Positions 30,111-46,280 of a stretch of DNA of 64,000 bases are shown piece after piece. The first letter of the stretch is position 1. Each line of letters opens with the position of its first letter. Below the pieces are notes generated by a model. It was not told the DNA's origin. It ran no database searches and saw nothing but the letters and a program-made list of their open reading frames with translations. Source of the DNA: the human T2T-CHM13v2.0 reference genome, Homo sapiens; assembly GCF_009914755.1 (NCBI RefSeq), contig NC_060928.1; one strand, given 5' to 3'. The position numbers and the translations under genes are program-made.

Positions 30111-30641
30111 ATGTGGCTCTTGGGTTACAGGCCAACAGTGTAGGTTGAGATCCCAGTCCAAAGACTGGGCTTAATTTGCTTTTCGTAGAGAGAACTCAGG
30201 AAGATTCTACACAAAAAAGAATAAAGTGGCTTTTAATATTAATTCCTTTTTGGCTAAGTTTTCAAAATGCACCTGTATTGCTATCATAACATATGAGAAT
30301 TTCATGGGCTGTTCTGGAATTTCCAGATCTATTTTTTTAATCTGAATTGACTAATTAGTCCAGGAAGACAATGATGTTGATTTTTTTCAGAATAACTGAC
30401 TGTTTATCTGCACTGAGGCTTAGTAATCTTTCCAGAAATGGCAACCAAATCCTATCCATTCCTTGCTATTGTACTTTCTTTTAATGCCCAAAATAAAGTT
30501 CAGAAGATTTGTAGACATAGCTAGATAATTATTGCTTGCCGAGGAATCATTAAAAGTTTTCTCAGAGCAAGAAAATAAACTGCATTTTAAATAGTATGCT
30601 TTTTAATTATCCTGATGTTGGTGGGTGGGTCCTGTCTTTAA

Positions 30642-32447
<1,806 letters not shown>

Positions 32448-32569
32448 AACGATCCAAAAATTTTTTCATAATTCTGGAAATATTTTCATCAGCTATTCCT
32501 ATAAATCATTTAAATATCTTTCTATCATATAAGAAGAGGACCGCAATTAAGACTTAATACTAAAAAAAA

Positions 32570-32865
32570 TCAAATCATTTTTCAACTTTTTTTGTACCTT
32601 GTAAATTTACTTCAGTAAAGTTGACCTTTTTTGGAGATCAGTTCAAGAAATCGTAGCACGTGCAGAGATTCGTGTAACCACCACACCAATCAGGCTTCAG
32701 AATAGTGATATTACTTACAAAAAAAATCTTCCTGGGGCTACCCTTTATAGTCACAGCAGGCCCCAACACCTAGTAAGAGCCAATTCTCTTCAATATACCT
32801 TTGCCTTTTCCAGAATGTCACATAAGTGAAATTATAAAGTATTTAATCTTTTAATGTTGAATGTT
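32570..32865 (-). mobile_element. Old L1M 3'UTR fragment
   Basis: GATTCGTGTAACCACCACACCAATCAGG and TTGCCTTTTCCAGAATGTCACATAAGTG. Confidence 0.65.
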
Positions 32866-33808
32866 CCATGTAAGTGCAAACAACAGTCATGCACACACAT
32901 ACACACACACATACACAAATTCTTAATATAATCATGTGGAACTCATTAGTGTAACTGTGGAAATACAGCTTTGTCATCTGCCCATGCATTTGGAACAAAA
33001 GACAAAACTAGTTCTATAATATATGAAGTCAGAATGAAAGGATAGCAGTGGTGCCTCTGTCACCAGTCGAGGACAGGAAAATGTAAAGCTGTCCCTAAAT
33101 ATACCTCTCAGAAGTACTTTTCTTGTTCACTTTTAGATATGTTCTACAATTTAGGATTTATTTTAAGCTGGCTATACTTATTTCCCCCTTCAGGATATGG
33201 GGCTACACTGCATTCGCCAGGTTGGGTCAATTAATTTGTAAAAGAGCTCTGACAACTTTGAACAAAAGCTCTTTTCTATTTATTAAGGCATCAGAGAGCT
33301 GCCATATGTTAATTATGAATCCATTTTTTTACTTCAAATACTTGGACAACAAAAAGGCATATTTACACAGCATATTAAACTACTGTGTTTTTTAAAATAT
33401 AAATAAAATTTTTATAAGAAGAAGAAATAAGCTTTCCCCTTGACCTCTTCTTATTTGTAAACTTATTTTCTCTAGTCCAGTTTTTGGAGGAAAGAAAATC
33501 AGAAGAAAAAAGGTCTTTCAAAAGGTTTTTGATTCATCTTTATAAATAGACTGAAGATTATGGGTATAATAATTCATAGTAAAAGACAACTCCATAAGTG
33601 TTAGTTTATGATGGTAAATGCATAACTTTATATCAATTCAGAAATTGTCTTATTAGATGGGCCTCTCAAATAATAAAGTGATGGAGTAGACCACACTAAA
33701 TAAAATTATGGCAACTTACTGGGGCTATCACATCCAGAAAGTGACAAAGTCTCATGTTTTCATTTGGATTTTTGGTATTTTATTGGTTGATAGATGGTTG
33801 ATAGACGC

Positions 33809-34510
<702 letters not shown>

Positions 34511-36319
34511 GATGCTTTGAATTGTCATTTTGAAGCTCTAACCATAAGAAAGATTTAGGAAATTACCAAATGTTTGATGGAGAGAAGGATCCTTATTCAT
34601 CACATATTAGGTTTAAAAAATTGAGGCATTGGAGAAAAAGAATAAATATTTATTTCAATGTATGATTCATATAATTGGTCAGTTTATCTTTCTTAATATA
34701 GAGATCTCAAACTTCAAAATTCATTATTTCAACATGATGGTATTTATGACTTGATGAGAATATACTGATTTTGCAATGATCTTATTAACAATAGAAGTTT
34801 CTGTTATAAAAAATAAAATAACAAATCTTTGTGTTAAAATGCTCTGTTTTGATCATTGCAAATTAGAGAGCTGTCCTACGGAATTACACAAGGCTAAAAT
34901 CTGGCCCACAGTCTGCAAGGTCTTGGGAAACAGGTTATTTCCAAATAAATCTCAAAATAGTATTTTATTTTGTTCTTGTGCACCACATATACAGCTGGCT
35001 TATTTCTCCACTGCAAACCAGTCAGACAAATTATGCATTTTTCCCTGTTGGATATGTCATTTCATAAACTACTTTTCACCACTGACTTTCCTGGTTCTTC
35101 AGCTTGAAGATGACAAGAAGTCACTGGCCTTGATTAACAGCAATAAACATTTATTAAGCTTCAGCAATGTGTCAGATGCTATACTAGTGACACTTTTAAA
35201 AGAAGAGAGTCACCCAAAACAAACACCCAGTTAGATTCCCCAGTTCTCATCTCTGAGAGGACTGTATCTGTTCAACCACTTGCAGCATCCATTCACATGA
35301 AAGAGAATCTGTACCCACTCAGTTGATAACTATTGTGTTCTTGAAAGATGATATAGAAGAGTCAGTGTTGTATTTAGGGATCAACTGAGGATTATTAATC
35401 TGGGTGGGCAATTCAAGAGAGGTTGAAGTAAGGAGCTAGGAACTTATAGGTCAGGAAGGTAACATTGGAGAGGGAAGGGAATATAACAAAGGATGACTTG
35501 ATTTGATCTGGTGAAGAGGAAGGAAGGACCAATCCTATGCAAAAGTATGAAAATACTGTATCCTTAGTGTCTGCCACTCTACTTTGCATTTTCTTTGGCT
35601 CCATGGAAACAGTAATGCCATTTCACTTACCTTATGTAACTAGTGTTTCTCTATTTACCCACTAAGAAAATTTGTTCTTGAACAGGATATAGCTTTGTTC
35701 AATTTAATTTGTAATGTACAACTCTTCGAATGCTACCCTATTGGCTCAGTACTTGAGAAGAGTCAGCTAAAAAGTAAGAATGGAGGCACTGAGTAAACAG
35801 CACCCAGTGATCTGCCACCACAGATCTGCCTTTGCCCTTCCCTTACAGAAACAAAAGTGCTTGACTTGACTCCACATAGCCTATTCTCCTTTGGGGCAAC
35901 TGGAATCATGAGAAGATGAAATAAGCAAGAGTCAACTGCTCAAAGGGAAAATAGGAGGGGGGCAAAATTTTACATGTTTGATTTTATTTCCTTCTCTGGC
36001 TATTTCAATTTTATCCCTGACTTTTTGGGGTGCAGGGGGCTCTCTTAAGCTGACTTTGCAACCAGTCACTGTAAGCGTTTAAAAGCAAATGACAAATGAC
36101 AGCCAACCAATGATTCAGGACCTACCTCTCTCCCCAAGCCCACACTCTGACCTGCTAAAACTCATTATATGCTCCTGGTTTCAAATTCTTAATTCCACAT
36201 TTCAACTTCATACCTTCCTTCAAACTTCACTCACGTTGCTCTCCATTCTGCTAATAGACTCTTAGCATTTTGGATACTGGTGATTCTCCACTGTGTTTGG
36301 CCTTAACTACTGTGGATAG

Positions 36320-36670
<351 letters not shown>

Positions 36671-38354
36671 TAAAGTCTCACTTATCCTTCAAGATTCAGT
36701 TCAAATACAACTTTTTCATTGACACCTGTTATAATCCACAGCTCCGAATAAATTGTTCCCTTTGTGCTAATGTAGGCATTCAGTTTACATTTCTCATGGT
36801 ATCAGTCTTAGAGTGAGTTGTATGTATCTGTGTCCCTCAGCAGATTAAATACCACACACACACAAAGCCTTTTAATTATTTTTATATCATCTCATTGTGG
36901 TGGTGTCCATAAGTATCTGGCTTTGTAGCCCTCTCCATCATTTCTTCACTGCTCTCCATTCTAACCCTATCAATTTATAATCTAAATAAAAAGCACAATT
37001 GTTATGCAAAAACTGCCAACAAAAGTAGTCTTCTAATCTCCTTTTCTCACCAAATTGCAACCAATAAGCACGACTCATGAAAATTTTGGAGTCACTTCTA
37101 ACCTTAGTGCTTTGATTATAATAAACATTAAAGATTTGAATTAAATGTTATTGAAGCAAAAAGCTATTCAATTTTTCTTTCAACTTTCCCTTTGGCCACA
37201 ACTAATCATCCTACTAGTTAGATGGTAAGTTATTGAAAAGTAAGGCTTTCCAGATAGTAGATTGAGATTATGTGTAAATATAGAATGTCATTTAATTTGG
37301 ATATATTATGTAAAATATAGTTATTTTATATGCATATCTAAATAATTGCAGAAAAATTTGATTATTGCTCATGAATAACCATATTATAGATCATCTATAA
37401 AGGAATTACAAAGGTCACGTTTTTAAAAATAGCACATTAATAATCAAGATAATTGGCTCTGTGGCAAGACCCATTGCGGTCTTTCTACACAACTACTACT
37501 ATAGGATCATAATCAAATTTGTCAGCTGATTTCCAGCAGCAGAGTTCCTGTTTCTTATAAATATATGAGAGGGAGAAGGAGCACAACCTCATTTTCAAGC
37601 CCTAGGTTGAGACCACAGTGCTGGCTGGAAAATGATAAACTTTAACTTTTTAGGTGAGTTCATTTTATGTGGAAATCACATAGAAAGAATAAATATAACA
37701 GTGATAATATGTTCCTGATACATTTCAGGCATCAACCAAAGCTCCAAAAGGTAGACATAATGTTACAGAAAAATTGTTCCTGCCTACCAACAGATAATGT
37801 ATATAGCTATTTAAAATAATCTCACTAGACCAGTATATATTATAAAGTTACAGATTCTTATAATATAAATATTCAGTATAAAGCCAAAAATTATCATATC
37901 AGAATTTTAAATTTAATTATTTAATCATCTATTTTTGCTGGTACTGTCATATCTACTTTTTCCAAAAGCTGAAATTTACCCTATCACAGTAAAAGACAAC
38001 ATTTTCCAGTATCCACATGGAGGATTATTTTATTTTTTAAATTTTAACTGTAGCCCTAGAATTGAAGACTGTTATGTTATTTGTTCACTTTTTAAACTTT
38101 GTGCTTTTAAAAAGGAAACAATAATAATGTTCGATGTTTAAGCATGTAGATGCAAGACATAGCATTTAAGAATATCAATGTGTGTGCCTACCATGCCTTA
38201 CTAGCTAAATATTCTACTGTTGTATAACAGGATGATTTGGTTATGTTGACTTCTTCAGATTCCTGAACAGTCCAGTAACAATGTCTTTCCTTTACTGATA
38301 TCATATATAGTCACTGTACCAAACATCATACATTAAGATAATCTGCATCCTAGA

Positions 38355-38572
38355 ATGGTTTAGACATGCAAACATTTGGGTTCAAATACGTATCAACCAC
38401 TTAGTAGTTATATGACCTTGGCATGCTACTCAAACATCCTTGTGCCTCCTTTTCCTCGTGTATGATTTGGTGATAATAATAGTACTTAACTCACAGAAGT
38501 GCTATGAGCAGGAAATTAGTTAATATATGAACAGTGCTAGACAAATTATAAGCGCTCCATAATTGTTAATTG
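38355..38572 (+). mobile_element. MIR SINE
   Basis: TGGGTTCAAATAC...ACCACTTAGTAGTTATATGACCTTGGC...GATAATAATAGTACTTAACTCACAG. Confidence 0.8.
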
Positions 38573-38812
38573 TTTTTTGTTTTTTTAGTCCTGGCTTTGT
38601 CACCAAATAATGTGGAACACAGTAAGACAAGTCATTTACTCTCTCTGTCAAATGAAGTTTACAGCACCTTCCTTAACTAGGTACTAAGTTTGCCGTAAAT
38701 GAAAAGTTAAAAATGTTAGTAATTTACCTATTAACTTAAAAATATGATTTTTGTGTAATTGATTAACCTTAACAGAAATGGAGTAAATGGGATTAAAGAT
38801 GTGTTGAATTTA

Positions 38813-39249
<437 letters not shown>

Positions 39250-39409
39250 TTACATGCACAGACCAAAATCAACAATGTTTATAAAGCACAGAAACCTGAA
39301 AATTATAGAAAATATAAAGACCAATGGATTTAGAAAATGCAACATGATAAATGCTCAGTAAAAATTAGTTATTATAAATAAACATATCTTTGGAACAAAA
39401 TTTTAATAT

Positions 39410-39570
39410 CTATATTTTTATCTGCAGTTTACTAATTGGAAAATAGAAGTTCAAAAAAGTAAATTGCCCAAGGTCCACAACATAACTAGAACAATGTAAA
39501 AGCTGGAATTCAAGCCCAAGTTCTCTGCTGATAAAGCCCGTGTTCTTTCTAAGAATATTAACTGCCTCTC
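39410..39570 (-). mobile_element. MIR SINE fragment
   Basis: TTGCCCAAGGTCCACA...AAAGCTGGAATTCAAGCCCAAG. Confidence 0.65.
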
Positions 39571-40711
39571 AATTCCATGAAATCACATTATGTAATATGC
39601 CTCAGGCAGTGGCAGAAACCTAGGCTGAAATAACCAGCACTACTTGCCAAACACTTTAGAAAGATTATGTTTCTTCTCCATTACAGAAGTGGAACATATG
39701 GTTCAGGTGGGCAGACAAATAAGTGGTTAATGGTTTCATCAATATCCTAAAGGAAGAAGTTGAATAATTAATTGACACTAGAAAAACATTAACAATGCAA
39801 GACTGAGAAGGACTGATACAATCATCTATAGGTCTCGAAATACTCAGCTATGTAAATTTTATTTTGTATAGTGCTATGTTGTATATACTGAACTGTATAG
39901 GGAATTTTAAGGGTAGTTTTGCCATATGCAATTTTAACCTTTTATATTGGCTTCTTATGACCTCAAATTACACTTCTCAACCACTGATGACAGGCAAATT
40001 TAATTTATTCTCCTTATAGGACACTGCTTCTTATATTTCCTATATAAGTGAAGGTAGGCTGTTACAGTCCATGAATGTGAAAATATCAGTAGCTTACCAC
40101 AGTAAGCAATTATTCTCATTCAAAAATGCCTAAAATGGGTTTGCCTAGTAGGTGGTTGACTCTTGTTCAAGTTGTGACTCAGGGATCTGCGCCTCTTTAT
40201 ATTGTGAATGTGGTCTACCATCTTCATCTAAGATCTATGAATCTTCTGCAATAAGGAGGAAAAGCAGGAAAAAATCCTACATAAGAAATTTTGTAGGCCC
40301 GGCCTAGAAGTCTGCAGATCTTATAGCATTTCTACTGTAGATATAGTGTATGTTATATACATTACAATGTATATACAATTACATTCTTGTGGATAGAGAA
40401 CTCAGTCACATGATTGTACCCTTTTACAATGGAGGATGAGCAAGGTAGTCTGCCTCTGTGTACAGGAAGATTTGGTGATAAACTAGGCAGTCTAAGAGAT
40501 AGTCTCTCTACTGAAGATGATGTCTCATTCTAGATTTCCACATATTCAAATAATTTAAGGACCCTTCCAAATGCATCCTTCCCAAGAAGTATTCTAGGAT
40601 CCCCCAACACAGATGTGATTTCTGCCTTATGTGATGTATTACACCAGATTGCAGGGTTTTAATTTTGTTTTGTTTTTACATTGTTCTTAAGGAATTTACC
40701 CTAAAGGCAAA

Positions 40712-40945
40712 CTACAGAGGTTAAGCATGTGATGCAGGGGCCAAAATTGTGAGTTCAAATGCCAACATGTTTACTTACTAACTTCATGACCTCACAAACT
40801 TGCTTCAACTTTCTGTAACTTTGTCTGCTTATCTATAAAACAATACGTACCTCAACGTCTGGTTAAAAGTTTCAATTGGCATAATATATATAAAGCTCTT
40901 AGAAGACTGCCTGGAACAGGTGAGTACTCAATAAGTGTTATCCAT
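40712..40945 (+). mobile_element. MIR SINE
   Basis: AGAGGTTAAGCATG...GAGTTCAAATGCC...TAAAGCTCTTAGAAGACTGCCTGGAACAGGTGAGTACTCAATAAGTGTTA. Confidence 0.8.
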
Positions 40946-42044
40946 CATTTTAAATCTGCCATTTATTACCCATTTACTTATCTCATTTCTTATACTAAAC
41001 CATAACCCTCCTCAGGGCCAAGATCATACCTTACTCAATTTCAGATGTTATGTATTTCCTCTGTAGTACTTGAGGAATATTAGGTAATCAAATAATTAGT
41101 GGATTGAGACAAGTAATTTCTTTTAGTTCTTTTTAAAGATTTTAAATGCCCTTTTTTTATACAATGAGAAAAAATCAGAACAAAATTCATAGTGATGCTT
41201 CATACTCAGTTGCAAAATATTAAAATATATGTATTCATAATTTTCCCCATTACATCACACAGTTTAGTACATAAACGTCCACCTAAATGTATAGGGTGGT
41301 ATTTATGATTGAGTTTTACCCTGTGTGCCCTTTATATTAATGTAAACTCTTGAACAGTGACCAACAATCATTACAGCTTGATGTCTGTTCAGTGGCTGGA
41401 ATGAAATGAATTGGTCTCAGTCCAATTCCTAGTGGACAAGTGTCTAAATCAAAAAACACCACCACAATTAACATTACTTTACTTAATAGTTTTAACCACT
41501 GAGGTCAAGGATAAAATGAATAATAAAATTTGAACTAACCTTGCAACACAAGTTGTAACTTCTTCCTAAATAGAGCTTGGGTTAAGTTAAAAGGAATGCC
41601 TGATAACTAGTAAATTTACAGAATAAAAGGAAGAAAGGAACTCCAATGAGGAAGTAATTTTATACATCATAATAATCACATAATTTTATAAAACTGGATT
41701 TTCTATAATAGTCATTCCCTTTCACAAATAGCCTCAAAATCCAATGACTATATTTTAACTTAATTACTTCATTAAAGATCTAATCTCCAAGCATGGAACA
41801 TTCTGGATTACTGGGGTTTATGACATCAACATAAAAACTTGGGGGGATACAGGACACAATTCAGCTCATAACAGCAGGGGGAGTAAAATTAAAATTTTCA
41901 GTGGAATGATCAAGTTAGATTTTATTGAAATGGTAACGTTTGGGCAGAGGCACAAAATAGATAATTTACAAAACAAAACAATTTAAATTGCAATTTTGTT
42001 TATAATAAAAGTTTGCAATAAAAACCAAATTTGCAATTAATAAA

Positions 42045-42495
42045 AACCAAGTAAAGCTAACTAACATAAGAAGGAAGTATTACCTCAGAGAACTCATGAA
42101 AAGACCTGAGGAAAGCCCCAAGATCACCACCCAGAAAGCCTGAAGAAACTTGGCAGTGCTGTCTCCCTGCTGATTTTCTCTGCTTCTCTCTTCATATCTG
42201 CTTTGTTCTCTTCGAGCAGACCCACTCTCTCCACTAGACAGTCTACATGGTTGATGATGGCTCTCCATGGTCTGCAGTCTATACATATTCCATTTTCAGC
42301 AGGTTGTAGAGACTTATTAACCATTTTTCAATGCTAATTCCAAATTCCAAGGAGAAAAAAGTCTGATTGGCCCAGTTAACTAATGGACAAAGACCTAGGA
42401 TCATGCAGAACAAAGTTAGCTGCCCACAAGCCTTCTCCATGGAAGAATGCTAAGGATATGACTTGTGGACTAAGCAAATGCTTCCAACATAGTCT
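42045..42495 (-). mobile_element. Old MaLR LTR (MLT1K/L-like)
   Basis: TCTCTGCTTCTCTCTTCATATCTGCTTTGTTCTC and GTCTGATTGGCCCAG motifs. Confidence 0.6.
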
Positions 42496-42510
42496 ATAAA
42501 AGACAGTTAG

Positions 42511-42812
<302 letters not shown>

Positions 42813-44624
42813 TACAGTAATGTTTTCCTCTTCAGATACTGAATATTGCTTTTTATAAAACTTCATTGTTTCAACCCTTTTTCTTTATCTACTGTCACTC
42901 TTCCTTCATTAAAATTTACCAACTCTATATAAAGTTACTCTAATCAGCTCATCCCTGATGTGGAAAAAGAGAAAGAGCACAAGGAAGGAAGTCATTAACC
43001 CACGACCTTGGGTGTGCTACTTTGTACCACTCACCACATGTTAAAACTCTTCTCTCACTATAGGGTAATTTCTTGTTTACTTAAATCCCCAGTTACTTAT
43101 TCAAAATTTATTCAAAAATATGTGTATTAATTTCTCACTGTGGGTCAGGGACTCTGATAAGGCAGAACCTCTAAACGTGGGATGGGGAAGGGTTTTATCT
43201 TAGCTGCACTTAAGGGTTATTACTATTTGTAATTTAAAATTCCAATCTGCTTTATAATAACCCATACTTATCTCATTAAAGTTTGCAGCAAGATCCTCCC
43301 AGGAAAGTGAAGCGGAGAAAATGGAGGTAGAAACTGTAAGTTTCTGGAGGACAGGAGCTGAATCTTGTTATCTAAATATGAAGGATTTAACACATTTTTA
43401 GAAAACTATGTAGTGATGTTTTGTGGACTATATTCCACATTCTCATATCTCACATCTATAAACAACCTTTAAGGAGAATTTTCATGCTGGATGCACAACA
43501 TCCAGCTGGCAGATTAGTGAGGGTTAAATGAATGTGAATATAAGACCGTGAAATAACTATGAAATAAGAGCATTTTGGTTGGTACACACTATTCCTATGA
43601 CAAAATCTTTTAAATCTCAAAAGATGTACAATCTCCTTTTCCTGGTACAAGGATTACCAAAAATTTCACATACGATGATGGTTTTATTTTATTTTACCTC
43701 GAATTTCAGCCTCTAACTTCAACATTCATATATCCCAAAAGTAAGCAATCCATGAACAGCTCCACAATTTAGGGTTATTAATTAGAATAAAGTTAGCAGT
43801 TTGACTACAGAGTTCAGCCTGTTTTCTTGTGATTCTTTAATGCGATTGACTGCCTGCAAACATTTAAATGATTCCCCTGCCACTTGTCTATGTATTTAAG
43901 CAAATAGACTATTAAAAGTACAAAGACGTACTTGGTTTTTCTAATTTGACAGAGGATAAAAGAAGGCTTTCGCGGCTTTGTTTTATTTCTAAACTCATTT
44001 AGCACCAAGTGCATATCCACTTTGACTTTTTTTTGAAACAGGTTCATTATGAAAATGGTCTAATAACGAGTAGTTGGACCTAGAGGTTTATCCATCCCCA
44101 AATGAGCCCAAGCTTGTTTCTCGGCATTTCTTTTATAATTATGTTCCCTTTCAGCCCATTCTGTGGTCTCCTCCTGAACATATTCTCTTTTGTACTGTTT
44201 CCTTTGACTGTGAATACCTGCTTATATGTGGTAATTTTTATTATAAGTCTACCATATAAATTCATCAACTGATATCTAGGTGTCTACCTTTCTTGAATTA
44301 ATAATTTATAATATAGATGCTTGCTCAAAATCGCATTACTCATATTAGGGAAATATGCATAAATAAGCCATTCAATTAAAAAGAATATGAAGTATAAATG
44401 TCTTATAACTCTTGAGGTTGAGCTATGCCTAAGCCAAATGCTTGCAGGCAGATTGTTTTTAAGACTGTGACTCTGTAAGCAGATATGAGGGACAGGGACA
44501 GGGAAACCCGGAAGGAGGGAAGATAATGTAAGATCGCAGAACCTGAAAAACTAAGTTTCAGGACATGAGCTCCTTTACTCCTTTGTAAGTGGATCATATT
44601 CTGCAGTGTCCTACAACTGTTCAA

Positions 44625-44770
44625 AATGAGCTCAAAGTGCTGATTGTTAATTTTTCAGGAATTTTTTCAAATCAATTTTTCAGCCACTGATTGTTTAAAA
44701 TTAGCCACAGTGCTAGTATTCATACCACGGAAATGAGCAAACACCACCCATTTTCACCTGTGAGACATCA
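44625..44770. mobile_element. hAT DNA transposon remnant (MER63-like)
   Basis: GATTGTTAATTTTTCAGGAATTTT and GTATTCATACCACGGAAATGAGCAAAC motifs. Confidence 0.55.
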
Positions 44771-44804
44771 CTTATGAGTATTTTCATTTGCTCTACTAAG
44801 GGTC

Positions 44805-44981
44805 TACAGACTAAAGCAACATTTTTAAAATAAAGAACACAACCACACCTATTTATTTATGTACTACATATGCCTTCTCACGACAACTCAGACTTGAGTA
44901 GTTTAGGCATAGATTATCTGGCCTGCAAACCCTAAAATATTTATTAAATGGCTGTTTGCAAAAATATTTGCCCATTCCTGT
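44805..44981 (+). mobile_element. hAT-Charlie MITE (MER58A-like)
   Basis: TGGCCTGCAAACCCTAAAATATTTATTAAATGGC...TTTGCCCATTCCTG. Confidence 0.7.
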
Positions 44982-46199
44982 TTTGAACTATGCTGGGTGA
45001 ATTTCCAACCTTGGTAACACAGAACCCTATAGCAAGATTATTCCATTTATATCTTTGCCTTTGTTTTTCACTATTATAGGAGAGGCTAGCCTCATCTTCC
45101 CTGAAAAGGTTTACACATTTCTTTCCTAATCTTTGTGTTTGGTTTCTCATATAGGAGTACATATCTTGGCTCCCTAAATTTATGTTAGTTTTATTGAGAT
45201 TTTAAATAGAAGCAGATTTTAAGGTCCCAGACCCTGGTATAAATATACTTTAGAAAAGTTTAACAAAATCCTATCATTAGAGGTAGACTTTATCTCTTGT
45301 TTAAACTCTGAATCTCTCCAGCACCATATATCAGTTTCTCCTTTGTGTGGCTGCTGACTTAATCTATGTCTCCATCTTGGCCTTCAGTTTTGCAATACCC
45401 AAGGTCCTCTTGACTCCAGCCATAGACTTCAGTAAGTCAGTGATGAGTCAATGTTTTTTCCAAAGAGCTATATTGCAACTTTGAGATTCCTAAGAGTGAT
45501 CTTAAACCTCTGCTTCTTATTTTCTAGGTCTTTATTGGATTCTGTTTTTCTTCTTCTATTTCTTCTTTTGTCATAATTCCACCACTAAAATAAAATAAGC
45601 ATAGCTTATACAGATCTAAAGCAATGTATATAGCTTTCCTTGATTATCCGGCTTTTCCTATTTTTCATTATTATTTAAATTTTTTTAATGTTATTTCAAT
45701 CAATATTTGCATAACTATCTTTATTTCTAAAGCACAGCTGTTCTTTTCCACATTAGACTGTTTCAGTTATTAACTGCTAATCCCAATAATAATTATAATG
45801 ACTGATGAGAATTTCATAAAATTCACAGTCATGGGAAAACCATTTAAGAATTATATGCCAAATATAATACAAACTCTAGTTAAAATCTATTATATTTTTC
45901 CAAATTTATTTTGAAATTATGTTGATCCAAAATATAGCCATAGAGACCAAAACTAAAAATATACCATTTTAAATTTTCCTTTCCTAAGATGCTAAATATC
46001 AGAACAATGCTACCACCTTATAATTATCAGGTAAAGATAAAAGGTGGGTTAGTTTTGTTTCTATTATCAAAGTAGATATTAGGTGTTGTATCTTTCAAGA
46101 ATCTTGCAATGAATGAAATTCAGCTTAAACTAAATTAAGCAAAATGGAAATAGGTACAAAGATGAAATCTCGACATAGAGTACACGACTAAAGCAGAAC

Positions 46200-46280
46200 T
46201 TTCTCTCTCTCTCTCTCTCAACATATATATATGTCTGTGTGTGTGTGTGTGTGTGTGTTGTATGTATATACATATGTACA
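46200..46280. repeat. Compound (CT)n(TA)n(TG)n microsatellite within an old MLT1-like LTR (~46085-46600)
   Basis: Microsatellite seen directly. Flanking GTCTGATTGACCGAGGCTGGATTACATGCTC is MaLR-like. Confidence 0.8.

Noticed and set aside
34776-35234. 152-aa ORF in unique sequence
   Set aside because: No recognisable domain, composition typical of random AT-rich DNA, and the 3' end runs into an L2 remnant.
42080-42324. Protein-like minus-strand ORFs (coiled-coil-looking)
   Set aside because: They fall within an old MLT1-type LTR.
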